DNA of 64,000 bases from Naegleria gruberi (lineage: Eukaryota), in the NCBI GenBank assembly GCA_000004985.1, contig GG738889.1; one strand, written 5' to 3'. The notes under the pieces were generated by a model. That model had not been told where the DNA came from. It ran no database searches and saw nothing but the letters and a program-made list of their open reading frames with translations. Position numbers and translations under genes: made by a program. Shown piece by piece: positions 34,153 to 44,172 of the stretch; within the stretch, counting starts at the first letter, position 1; each line of letters opens with the position of its first letter.

Positions 34153-35256
34153 TCACAGTAGAATCATTCTAGATTTACTGATCACTTCTGTTGGGTGATG
34201 AATTACATGATTACTTGTTGCATTAGTTGATGTGTTACAAATTGTAGTTAGAGTTGTCGTATTATTGTGGCTGGTAATTGAGGTAACCTTATTTTCCATC
34301 AAGAGAGTTTTAAGATTCTTGCCTTGCATTTGAGCAATTTCCTTAGAATTGAAGTTAGAGAATCCCTTTGCAATTATCTTTCTACTGTTACAATCTCGAA
34401 TAGTAACAATGTCATCCCTTTCAAACTCGCCAATTAACTTGGTTATTCCACAAGCAAGAAGATTTTTACATCTTTGTGAAAGTGCAGAGGTGGCTCCTTG
34501 ATCAACCAGAATACTACCTTTTTCTTCACCTTTTCTTAATACCTCCAGAATGGAACAATTCATTGGATAATGCGATTCGAGAGCTCTCACATGATGAACC
34601 AGAGTGTCCACATAATGGTCCGATACAGGTAGGTATTCCTGTAACCTGTAGAGGTAATCTCTGTTTGGACCTGAATGGCCAAAAGCTCTCGCAATATGTT
34701 TTGATGAACAACAGATATTCTCTGGACCAATGAATGGACACTTCTTTGGCTGTTCTCTATTTACAAACGGATCAAAATAATAAACTATGGCATTCTGACA
34801 AACTGCAATCGTATCAGAAACGTAAACCTTAACACTGGTTTTCTGATAACCAGCAACCAATTCTCTATAATCTAAATCTTTCATCACTCGCTCAGCATTC
34901 TCAAATGATACCTTATAACAAGTTCCCCAAACTATTTCCTCGTCCATATCTTCACTTTTGGAATTGATATCATGTTGTAAAGATGATTTGTGAGCAAAAT
35001 TTTGATATTGACAAGAACAAATAGGCTTATTAGATTTTTCTTTCAGTACTTTCTGATAATCATTTTCTCTGATGATTGTAAGCGTTCTTCCTTCTTGATT
35101 TGGTTGTCCTCTATGGAATAAATCCTCCAACCAGAATCTTCTTCTGAATCCTTTGATAAAACCACTAAAAGAACTTTCATATTCAAATCCCGGCCTCCAA
35201 ATAACAGACCCATAGGCAAAGATAAACAACGGAGCATCAATATCACCCATACACAT
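34153..35256 (-). CDS. ChaC-like gamma-glutamylcyclotransferase fused to a C-terminal PUA domain
   Basis: Single ORF, 367 aa. N-terminal part: LFIFAYGSVIWRPGFEY...GFIKGFRRRFW...HRG...GR.LT......W.GT.YKV...........L.YRE...GY....V.VY (ChaC/GGCT signature YGSL.W.P.F.Y......GF.RG..RRFW). C-terminal part: SILVDQGATSALSQRCKNLLACGITKLIGEFERDDIVTIRDCNSRKIIAKGFSNFNSKEIAQMQGKN, which matches the PUA domain of glutamate-5-kinase ProB (..VDEGA..A.......LLP.GI..V.G.F.RGE.V.I.......IA.G...Y.S.......G). Confidence 0.65.
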   Translation of the reverse strand: MCMGDIDAPLFIFAYGSVIWRPGFEYESSFSGFIKGFRRRFWLEDLFHRGQPNQEGRTLTIIRENDYQKVLKEKSNKPICSCQYQNFAHKSSLQHDINSKSEDMDEEIVWGTCYKVSFENAERVMKDLDYRELVAGYQKTSVKVYVSDTIAVCQNAIVYYFDPFVNREQPKKCPFIGPENICCSSKHIARAFGHSGPNRDYLYRLQEYLPVSDHYVDTLVHHVRALESHYPMNCSILEVLRKGEEKGSILVDQGATSALSQRCKNLLACGITKLIGEFERDDIVTIRDCNSRKIIAKGFSNFNSKEIAQMQGKNLKTLLMENKVTSITSHNNTTTLTTICNTSTNATSNHVIHHPTEVISKSRMILL

Positions 35257-35565
35257 GATGTTGCACTATTAATATATTGCTGGAGAGAAGTTGATCCTTT
35301 TTTTCGGTTTGAATTGTCTACTTATGATACTCATCGAAATGCATTTCCAAGCTTGCTTCAATTTCCATGGAAAAAGTCTAGACTAGGAACGGAAATATGG
35401 ATTTTCCAACTTGCTGTTTTTTTGAAGTAAAGAGATGTTTTCATAATGGAAGATTCACTCCTCATAACATTAAATACATTCTCCTTAAGTCCTCCTAAGG
35501 CAATTTTATTCTTTTAAATACCAAGTCAACATGTTTGTAATTTTATTAATTCTCAATTATTTAAA

Positions 35566-37122
35566 ATGTCTTCAAATCTTCCATGTGCAGAGATTATTTT
35601 GGAGGCTTGCAAAAAATTGAGTCACATTCTTGGTTCAAGCTTTGGTCCACTTGCTTTTCATAAATTAATTATTAATTATCATCACCATGTATTTTCGGAT
35701 GTAATTTATTCAAATGATGGAGCAACAATTATGGATTCACTTCCGATTGTTAATCCTATCGGAAGAATTTTATGTGATTTATCAAAATCTCAGGAGGAAC
35801 AAGCTGGAGATGGTACAACTGGTGTTGTTTTATTGTGTTGTGAATTGGTTAGAAATTGCTTGGAGGAATTACATTTAAAACAATTAATACCTTTGGATGT
35901 GATTTGCAGTAATTTATCTACTTTGAAAAATGTATGCAAAGAGACTTTTCTGACTATAATGCAGAGAGACAGGGTCATGATGCAACAATTTGTTACAAAT
36001 AATTGTGAAATTATTAATTTTATATGTAAAAATTCATTACAATCTAAGGAATTGAGATTTCATATTGAACATTTTAAAAGCATTTTAACTGAAGGATTTT
36101 CTAATGGAAATTCCATTCCTAAACATACTAAATTTCATATTATTGAGGGTGGCCAATTGAATGACAGTTTTGGATTTAACGGAATTTTTATGAATATTTC
36201 ACAATCTTCATTCTCAAAGAGATACGCCTATTCTAGTAGTTATTTGGATAAATTATCCAAGTGTAGATCAATATTATTGCTAAAGAGGCAAAATTTAGAA
36301 ATGAATCAAAAAGAAAAGCTATTTTGGAGAAGTTTATTTGAATTGGGAACCAGTAGTAGTGGAATAATAATTTTGATGGAGGGAGCATTCCCTTTTCATG
36401 ATATATTTTATAGTTCAGATTCTAATGTGCTGATATTTGATAAATTAAGCTCGAAACATTTGCAAAATATATCACATTCTCTAAATCTACCTTCAATTAT
36501 CCCAGTTGGATCAACCACCACAGTCGAGAATGAGGATCTCTATATTTTCGAGTCTTCTCCTAATTTTTCAATTTTTCAAAACGAGATTTTCATAACTATT
36601 CCTAATGTTTGTGACTTTTTTAATATTATTATTCGAGGGCCTTCCAATACTATTAATGAGGAATCCAAGAGGTCAATTAAGGATGCCTTCTATGTAATTA
36701 AAGGGTTTATCAATGAAAACAACTTTTTCAGTGCTTCCAATACATCAGAATTATGTGGAGGAGGATGTCACATTGAAATGAGTATATGGAGAGATGTCAG
36801 CAATTCCTCAGTACTGTCCAAAGGAATTTCAACAATATTTGCTGATAGCTTCTTATCAATAGTGAGATTTTTATTGCACTCGAGTGGATTCAAACATGAT
36901 TCAGAAATGATAATTTTACGATTGGCAAGTGAATATTCTAAAAATCCAAACTCTTTCTTTGGTATTGATCTTACCAATCAAGATTCACAAACTCCAATAA
37001 TTTCCAACATTATAGAAGCTCATATCATTGAAAATCTCAGAGTCAAGAAAATAATGATCGAGTTGGCCATTGAAACAGCCATAAATCTACTCAGAATCAA
37101 ATCAATTGATTTTACCAATTAA
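35566..37122 (+). CDS. divergent group-II chaperonin-like protein (BBS-type: MKKS/BBS10/BBS12-like), 518 aa
   Basis: Chaperonin ATP-binding signature GDGTTGVVLL preceded by the equatorial-domain pattern (DVIYSNDGATIMDSLPIVNPIGRIL.DLSKSQEEQAGDGTT). The rest is highly diverged with low-complexity inserts, as in BBS chaperonin-like proteins rather than canonical CCT subunits. Confidence 0.5.
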   Translation: MSSNLPCAEIILEACKKLSHILGSSFGPLAFHKLIINYHHHVFSDVIYSNDGATIMDSLPIVNPIGRILCDLSKSQEEQAGDGTTGVVLLCCELVRNCLEELHLKQLIPLDVICSNLSTLKNVCKETFLTIMQRDRVMMQQFVTNNCEIINFICKNSLQSKELRFHIEHFKSILTEGFSNGNSIPKHTKFHIIEGGQLNDSFGFNGIFMNISQSSFSKRYAYSSSYLDKLSKCRSILLLKRQNLEMNQKEKLFWRSLFELGTSSSGIIILMEGAFPFHDIFYSSDSNVLIFDKLSSKHLQNISHSLNLPSIIPVGSTTTVENEDLYIFESSPNFSIFQNEIFITIPNVCDFFNIIIRGPSNTINEESKRSIKDAFYVIKGFINENNFFSASNTSELCGGGCHIEMSIWRDVSNSSVLSKGISTIFADSFLSIVRFLLHSSGFKHDSEMIILRLASEYSKNPNSFFGIDLTNQDSQTPIISNIIEAHIIENLRVKKIMIELAIETAINLLRIKSIDFTN

Positions 37123-37163
37123 ACAACAAGCTTTAAAATTGCTTCTAACAAAGGCAAGAAGTG

Positions 37164-37175
37164 TTTGGCGCCAAA
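37164..37175. promoter_or_regulatory. perfect palindrome TTTGGCGCCAAA, 69 bp upstream of the TRF-like gene ATG (37244)
   Basis: Exact 12-bp palindrome; lies between the BBS-chaperonin stop (37122) and the next start. Confidence 0.4.
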
Positions 37176-37243
37176 AATTTAAAAAAAATAACCAAACAAC
37201 AATCTCACACAAAGGCTTGCATTCGCTGTTGGTGAAGTTGAAA

Positions 37244-38557
37244 ATGTCGTCATCGAAGCAACAAGAGACTAACAATACGGAACAAACACAACAACAAATG
37301 GAAACACAACAACAATATGATAATCAAGAGGAAGTTGAAATAGATGAGAGATCTTTGAAATGTAATGCTTTTATCATTGAATATATACTTTATAAAAAAG
37401 TTGATTATCTTGTAGAGGATTTGTTAAGAGAACTCCCATATGATCGCGATAATGTTAATCTTAGAACTAGATTAATTATAAGTCAATTGAATGGATTGTG
37501 GGAAGAAGTTGAACAGGAAGATAAAGTTGATGGTGATAGAATCGGATTTATTGTTAGTTCTGTGACTGCTTTACTAGGATTACTTGATGAGAGAAAACAA
37601 ACTTTTGCAGAATTTTTCCAAGAAGCAACCTTCTCCGCAGATGCTTATTCTAAAAAGATCAAGAAATGGTTGACCTCTTTCATTAATGCTGACACATATG
37701 AACTCAAATATCAATCACTTGAGGCTCTTGTCAAATATTTCAATATACTAGGAAATTATCTTGGTGAACCTAAGCTTTATTCATTGCTGAATCAACCAAA
37801 ACAAATCCAGGAGGAAACACAATCTAATGATGCTGTAATGAATGAACCACAAATACCACAAATCACTGTTGATTCACTTCCAGACGAGCCATGTACATAT
37901 TTAGGGCTTAAAAACACAGGAATTTCAACATCAGAAGAAACTACAATCTTTATAACAGAAAGACTTTTTAACGCTAGGAAACCATCAAAACCAATACCTC
38001 AGGTACCTGAGAAAGCACCAAGACAAGAAGAGCTTACTCAGCAACCTACTCAGCAAGTTGTTGCAGCCTCTACTCAATCTAATCAAGATGAACAAGCCAA
38101 GAAGAGAAAACCTACTGCTAATGCCAATAATTTAAAAAAGAAGAGGTTAATGGATAGTCAAAAGGATGCTAAAAGAGTTGTAATTATTAGGGAATTTGCT
38201 TCTTCTGAAGATGATGAAGATATTCCTATTACTCGTGCTTCTAAGCTACAAAGACCAAGATCTAAATCAGATACAAATGGTAAATCCAAGAAGAAATCTG
38301 TTTTTGAGGATTCTTCCAGTAGTGAAGAAGAAACTGAACGAGTTCTTTTCAAGCCACGTAAAAAATCAAAAGATACCAAGCAAAAGAAAGTATTTTGGAC
38401 TGATGATGAAGTTAACGCCTTACTTAAAGGTTTCAAGATGTATGGAACTCAGTGGGCAAGAATTTTAGCAGAATTCAAAAAGACTTTCCATCCCAACAGA
38501 GATAGTCTTAGTCTTCGTGACAAATACAGAAATATGGAAAAGTATGGTCAAATTTAA
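37244..38557 (+). CDS. TRF-like protein with single C-terminal Myb/SANT telobox-type domain
   Basis: ATG 37244 (MSSSKQQE...). C-terminus KKVFWTDDEVNALLKGFKMYGTQWARILAEFKKTFHPNRDSLSLRDKYRNMEK fits the telomere-repeat-binding Myb/telobox (W..EE...L..GV..YG.G.W..I.........R....L.DK.RN). Basic NLS-like tracts (KKRKPTANANNLKKKRL); N-terminal helical region could be TRFH-like. Confidence 0.55.
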   Translation: MSSSKQQETNNTEQTQQQMETQQQYDNQEEVEIDERSLKCNAFIIEYILYKKVDYLVEDLLRELPYDRDNVNLRTRLIISQLNGLWEEVEQEDKVDGDRIGFIVSSVTALLGLLDERKQTFAEFFQEATFSADAYSKKIKKWLTSFINADTYELKYQSLEALVKYFNILGNYLGEPKLYSLLNQPKQIQEETQSNDAVMNEPQIPQITVDSLPDEPCTYLGLKNTGISTSEETTIFITERLFNARKPSKPIPQVPEKAPRQEELTQQPTQQVVAASTQSNQDEQAKKRKPTANANNLKKKRLMDSQKDAKRVVIIREFASSEDDEDIPITRASKLQRPRSKSDTNGKSKKKSVFEDSSSSEEETERVLFKPRKKSKDTKQKKVFWTDDEVNALLKGFKMYGTQWARILAEFKKTFHPNRDSLSLRDKYRNMEKYGQI

Positions 38558-38578
38558 GTTGTACATTTAATAAATAAT

Positions 38579-41028
38579 TTATTCTTCGTCATCGATAACA
38601 ATAGCATCTTCATCCTCTTCCTCTACTTTTTTCTTTGATCTTGATGAGCTTGCTTTCTTTGGTTTTTCTTCAGTTTTCTTTGGTCTTCCTCTTCTCTTTG
38701 GTTGTTCTTCTTCCTCTTCGTCTTCATCTACATCTAATGCTTTGAACTTGGCTTTCTTTGAAGCTGCTGCCTTTCCTCTTGTTTTCTTTGGCTTTTCTTC
38801 CTCTTCATCACTTTCGTTCTTCTTTCTTTTAGCTCCTCTCTTTTTTGGTTTTTCTTCCTCTTCATCACTGGCAACCTTCTTTTTTCTTCCTCTTGTCGTC
38901 TTTTTTGGTTTCTCTTCCGCAGCTTCTTCGTCGCTTACAACCTTCTTTTTTCTTCCTCTGGTTGTTTTCTTTGGTATCTCTTCTTCCTCTTCTTCACTTT
39001 CATTTTTCTTCTTTCTGCTTGTAGGTTTCTTCTTTTCGACAATTTCCTCTTCCTCAAGAATATCCTCTTCATCAGATTTGTCCTCAGATTTTGAAGCCTT
39101 AGAGAGCCTGTCAGACATTATTTTATCCTTATCCAAGTTCTCTTTGCTTTCTTCTCTATACTTTTGTAAATATTTCTCCAAATCAGATTCAGAAATGTCT
39201 TGATTGGCAAATTGTTTGAGATCAGACCACAATTTCTTTTGTTTTGACTTGATATCACTAGCAACAAAGTCATCAATGGCATGAGCTTCTTCCTTATCTA
39301 CAAAGTCAACAACAGAGTTTTGGAATTCAAATTCATTCAATACTAATAAACCATTAATATTAGTTTTTTTGGTGGATGTCTCTTTCAGGAAATGTGAAAC
39401 TAAATCTTCAATCTTGATACCATCAGTAAGAGCATCACTTGCAGCATCTGCAAATAGCTCACTATTATTATCATTATTCAAAATTGCATTAAGTAATTGT
39501 TCTTTGGATTTCTTTTTCTTACTCTTCTTTTTTCCCTTTTCCTCTTCAACTTCTTCATCCTCTTCCATGTTGTCCTCTTCCTTTGATGCCTTTTTCCTTG
39601 ATAATAAAAGCAAATCTGATGGGTTGGCAATCTTTCCAACAAAGTTTTGACCAAATCTTTGAGGATTGACAGTGGCATAACCACCACTGTAATCTACTCT
39701 GAGTCTGATAATTGGTAGATCTAATCCAGGATATTTCTTATAGTAGGCTTTGAGTTCTTTAATTGCTTCTTCATCCCCTTCAAAATTACTTAGTTTGTCT
39801 TCCTTAGCTTGTTTAATTAATTGATTTACGTGTTCTTTAAGGAAATCAGCAATTTCGTCTGGATTGTTCTTAATATGTTTCAAATCTTGTTCAAAATCAG
39901 AGAGAGAAATTGAATCAAATACGTAAGGTCTTACAGTTTTCAATGTAATTGGAATAACTCTGAATGAATCTTTGTAAATTTCCAAGATGGCAACCTTTTT
40001 TGGCTTAGCTTCTTGGTGTGTGTATGTAGTAGAAATAGAACTACCTGGTTGCATTACTTCAAATCCACCAGTAGCACTTTTTGTTGGAGTGATTTGTTGT
40101 TCATGTTCATGACCCCACACTACTAGATCAAAAAATCCTTTCAGCATACTTTCACTAATATTTCCTTTCTTTGTGTGATGTTGATTTCTATTTTGGTGAA
40201 TGGTCATCAAATTAAACCATTCATTTGAACCTTGACTATCTTCACCACTTGGTCTAAAGAATGTCACTTTCTGATTTTTAAATGTTTGATATAAACGTTC
40301 GTCTCTTATATAACCAAGTCCATAAAGTGCAAGTTTAGTTTCTCCTTTTTGTACTAAAATAGGTTTAACTTGAATATTATCCACAGTTTCACACTTTCCG
40401 AAATAATTTATCAAATTACATTGTGCAAGAACATCCAAAACACTGAGACTATTCTCTCCAGACCAAGCATCATGATTACCTAATGTTTTAATCATTGTCA
40501 TATAAATTATGAAAACTCATAAAATACAAACTTACCACTGATTGCAAAAATTGGAAGAGAAATATTAACATTAGGATCTTCATAATTTACAGTTCCTTCA
40601 GGATTTGATTTGAAATTTACAGATTGATCACTTAAAATTTGCAAAGGAACAGGCTTGTCACCAAAAACATATTTTCTCAGAATTGATATTGTCTTGTGAA
40701 GAGTATCACGAGAAGGCTTGTTATCATGGAAAAGATCACCTCCCTGTAACACAAAATCTACATTATATTTGTGACCATATTGAATAATCTCCTCAAAGAT
40801 GATAAAAGAGTCATCCTTTCTAACTGTATCACGTTCCAAGTATCCAACATGATTATCCGTTGTTATTAAAACTCTGAGAACATCCTTTTCATCAACATCT
40901 TGCTCATTAACACCACTTGATCCTTCTTCAACAGGTTTAATTCCTCCCTCTTCATCATCAACATAACTACGCTGTGATGAGAGACGGAAATTAGAGGCTT
41001 GTGAAGCTCCACTCTGTGTCCTAGGCAT
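38579..41028 (-). CDS. MRE11: double-strand-break repair nuclease MRE11, 2 exons, with basic/acidic repeat tail containing AT-hook motifs
   Basis: complement(join(38579..40479,40536..41028)). LRVLITTDNHVGYLERD..R..DSF..FEEI...........VDFVLQGGDLFHDNKPSR......I..LR..VFGDKPV..QILSDQ....NYEDPN.NISLPIFAIS|GNHDAWSG...LDVLA...L.NYFG; phosphoesterase motifs III-V follow (GHEHE). The 56-nt intron (G|GTAAGT...CATTAG|) splits the GNHD motif. Confidence 0.9.
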
Positions 41029-41332
41029 ATTGTTCAATATTTATATTATTATTTACAAATTAACCACACACACCCAGAGAGTTTTCTTCTTATTGGTGAT
41101 GAGTGAGGGTCGAATAGAAAATTCGCAATTTTTTTACAGTTTTAAAATCAAGGCTTTGCTGGAAAATTACAATTTGAAATCGATAGAGATGAACAATAAT
41201 CTAAAGAAGATATAATATTTAAAAAGTGTGTACTAATAACATTGTTATTTAATATTAATTGAGGCTCTATTCTATTTACTTTGAGAAAAAAAATTTAAAT
41301 GTTTATTAATCGAATGGTACTTTGAGAAAAAA

Positions 41333-42646
41333 ATGGAAAATCTTACACCACTACTTTTTGATTTTTCCGAAGATGATCCATATTCCGAAGATGATCCAGA
41401 AGAATATTGCACAACAATGGAAAGTAGTGATGTAATGGATGATATCATTTTCAGGCCAATAGTGAATCATCTTCCAAGAGAAATAATACTTGAAATTTTG
41501 AGCTTTTTCCGATTGGAAAATATTAATCCAGTTAATAATGAAAGTGAATTAATCAAGATGTGTTTTGGCAGATTTTCAAATGATAGTAGTATTGAGTGTT
41601 TGTTTAGATGGATTGATGTAGATGGTGTAGCCTGGAGGAAAATGGACAAGTATCCACAACAGATAATTCATCTATTACAATTAAATAACAGAGGTGCAGG
41701 AATTGAATTGAAACCAGTAATGTTTCGAATGATGGAAGAGAATATAGTGATGAAGGATTTCTTCTTTGATGCTGGAAGGTTTGATTTTTCGTTGGTGGAA
41801 TCATTGGAAATGAATTGCCAACAAATGGCGCTTGATCTCATTCAGAGAGCTCTACAAACTTTTACTTTTGTGAAAAGCATTGAAATTGAGATGAGTTATT
41901 CAGAAGCTTCATTGATTGAAATTGTACCCTTCTTATCAAATATGTCAAATTTGAAATTATTTGCTTTTCATTGTGATGATTTTGTTACATTCGATTTGTT
42001 AGAATTATCCAAAGTGACTCCACAATTGGAAGAGTTAAGAATTTCATCCTCTTCTTCCATACTCGCATGTCACCAAGCTGTTTCCAATTGGAAACATTTA
42101 AAACGACTTGAATGGGCATTTGTTTCGTATGATAATTTATTTTCTGGTTTTGATGAATCTGATAACTTTAATGAGGATGCCAGACTATTCTATGAAGTTC
42201 TCAACAAGTCATTAGTTGAGCATCTTAGTTTAAAATTGGAGAAATTGACAGATTTCTTTGAAATAACATCACCCTTATTGAAGGATCTGTCATTGAAGAA
42301 TTGCACTCTTTCACCTATGAATTATTCTAACATTCTCAAGATTGAAAAATTGGAAAGATTGACATTGATCAACTCTCATGACGAAATTATCAAACAAGCT
42401 CCTTATCACCTCAAAAATCTCAAATATTTATGCATTAGTGAGTGTGATTCAAAATCTCTTGAGTACATTAACAAAATAGCTTCACTTCAAACGATTGACT
42501 TTGTTTCTCCAAAATTCATGCCTAATCAACTCTCTATCTTTAATGGACATCCTTCCCTTGACAAAATTATAATTAAAGGAATCACATTTAAAAGAGAATT
42601 TTTCAGAGATCTAGAAAATATTGAAATCAAATTACAACAGCATTAA
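41333..42646 (+). CDS. F-box / leucine-rich-repeat protein, 437 aa
   Basis: F-box motif LPREIILEILSFFRLENI near the N-terminus, followed by LRR-like segments (LEELRIS, LKRLEWAF, LKDLSLKNCTLSP, LERLTLINS, LKYLCISECD). Confidence 0.55.
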   Translation: MENLTPLLFDFSEDDPYSEDDPEEYCTTMESSDVMDDIIFRPIVNHLPREIILEILSFFRLENINPVNNESELIKMCFGRFSNDSSIECLFRWIDVDGVAWRKMDKYPQQIIHLLQLNNRGAGIELKPVMFRMMEENIVMKDFFFDAGRFDFSLVESLEMNCQQMALDLIQRALQTFTFVKSIEIEMSYSEASLIEIVPFLSNMSNLKLFAFHCDDFVTFDLLELSKVTPQLEELRISSSSSILACHQAVSNWKHLKRLEWAFVSYDNLFSGFDESDNFNEDARLFYEVLNKSLVEHLSLKLEKLTDFFEITSPLLKDLSLKNCTLSPMNYSNILKIEKLERLTLINSHDEIIKQAPYHLKNLKYLCISECDSKSLEYINKIASLQTIDFVSPKFMPNQLSIFNGHPSLDKIIIKGITFKREFFRDLENIEIKLQQH

Positions 42647-43484
42647 TTTGTGATAGATATTTTCTTCTGTATTCTTTTTACGTATTTTACGTAAAAGATA
42701 GAGAACAATTTCAGATTCTTAGATTTTTGCAACTGAATAGTTTGTAATAGACTGATTTGATTACATTTGTTGAGCGAATGATGGAAAAGAAGGCCAGTTT
42801 AGTCCATTTTACTTCCACTTTAAGGAATTTTGATGATTATCGGATATGTATGTTTTCATATTTGAGCTCGAAATGATGATTACAATTTCATATGTGAAAC
42901 TGTCTTTTCAAATCAGAGGAGCCAAAATCATCTCAATTTGTAATAATTCTGTGCTAAATTGGAACGAAAACTAGTTTCATAGCATGACTCAAGATCTTTA
43001 TTTTCCAATCAATTAACACAACTGATTTACCAACATTGAATCATAACGAGAGTAGAATTTTTAGATGTTTTTTTGCACAAAGTGAATAATTATATTATTA
43101 AGCCATCAAGGATTATACATTTACTTACTTGGTTGCTGTCACTTGTTGTAAACAGCGTGAAGCGGTGTGTAAGTGAAAGAGCAGGTGTTACTTTTAAAAG
43201 AACTGGTTTTTAAAAATGGTCTCGATTTTCCAATTAGTGTTGTGTAAATTAATCTCAGACCTACATGAAATTGATCTTGGATTGCTGAGATAATGATTCG
43301 TTTTGTTTGAAATAGTTTTGATTGTGAAAAAGTGTCGCAAATATAGGTCAAACGAATACCAAAGCACCATTTATCCTGCCCCTTCGAATGTTTTTACTTT
43401 CGTTTATTGGATTGATGAAGTTAAATTCTGCAACTAAACATTAGCTGTCTGAATAGCGAAAAACAAATAGAAAAAACAAGATAA

Positions 43485-43982
43485 ATGAAAAATTGGACCA
43501 AAACAACCAGCAGAACAGTTTCCTTCATAGACGAAACTCAAAAGGTGAAGTCTAAAGTGGAGGGAAAGAATGTTGAACCAAAACTTAAAAAAAGATTGAG
43601 AAAAGACTTACAAAACAACAAATTGCTGAAGAATTACTTTGTGTTCCATAATGAAGATCCACAGGGTGATGTGTTTATTTACAAAGTTATCCAAGATCAA
43701 AAAGACGAAACTATTAGAAACCAAGATAAAGTAATCACACGCCACAAGATACCAGTTAAAGCAATGGACATAAATAATACTTCATCAACCAATCCACCTT
43801 TTCATCCAGGCAATCATTCAGATATTCTAAATATTGCAAGTTTCCTCTCCAGTATTCCATTACAATCAGTTGACCAGCTTGATAGAACAACCATTGCATC
43901 CTTGTTTGGGCTAGATGCTACTAATCATGAAACTACACATCTATCTTATTGTAATCAAGACAATGAATCCACTTTTTTATGA
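43485..43982 (+). CDS. hypothetical protein, 165 aa
   Basis: ORF only (MKNWTKTTSRTVSFIDETQKVK...); coding-like composition; no homology recognised. Confidence 0.25.
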   Translation: MKNWTKTTSRTVSFIDETQKVKSKVEGKNVEPKLKKRLRKDLQNNKLLKNYFVFHNEDPQGDVFIYKVIQDQKDETIRNQDKVITRHKIPVKAMDINNTSSTNPPFHPGNHSDILNIASFLSSIPLQSVDQLDRTTIASLFGLDATNHETTHLSYCNQDNESTFL

Positions 43983-44172
43983 TTCTCAACAGTACTGTAA
44001 AAAAGCTTTCTCATTTGCAAGCATTCTTGAAACACAAATAAACCCTGACAATTATACTCCTGAAATGGTGGTCTTTGTTAACACTGGATTGACAATTATT
44101 AAGGTTTCATATTTTCAAGACATGGTTTTTATTATTACAATTCCTCTAGATCCACTTCATGCTTCCAAAGAA

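Noticed and set aside
38742-39203. Plus-strand ORF (153 aa; S/F/L-rich, highly repetitive) plus 39369..39650 and 39478..39687
   Set aside because: Antisense or alternative-frame readings of the MRE11 tandem-repeat tail; low-complexity artefact, and the minus strand has the homology-supported frame
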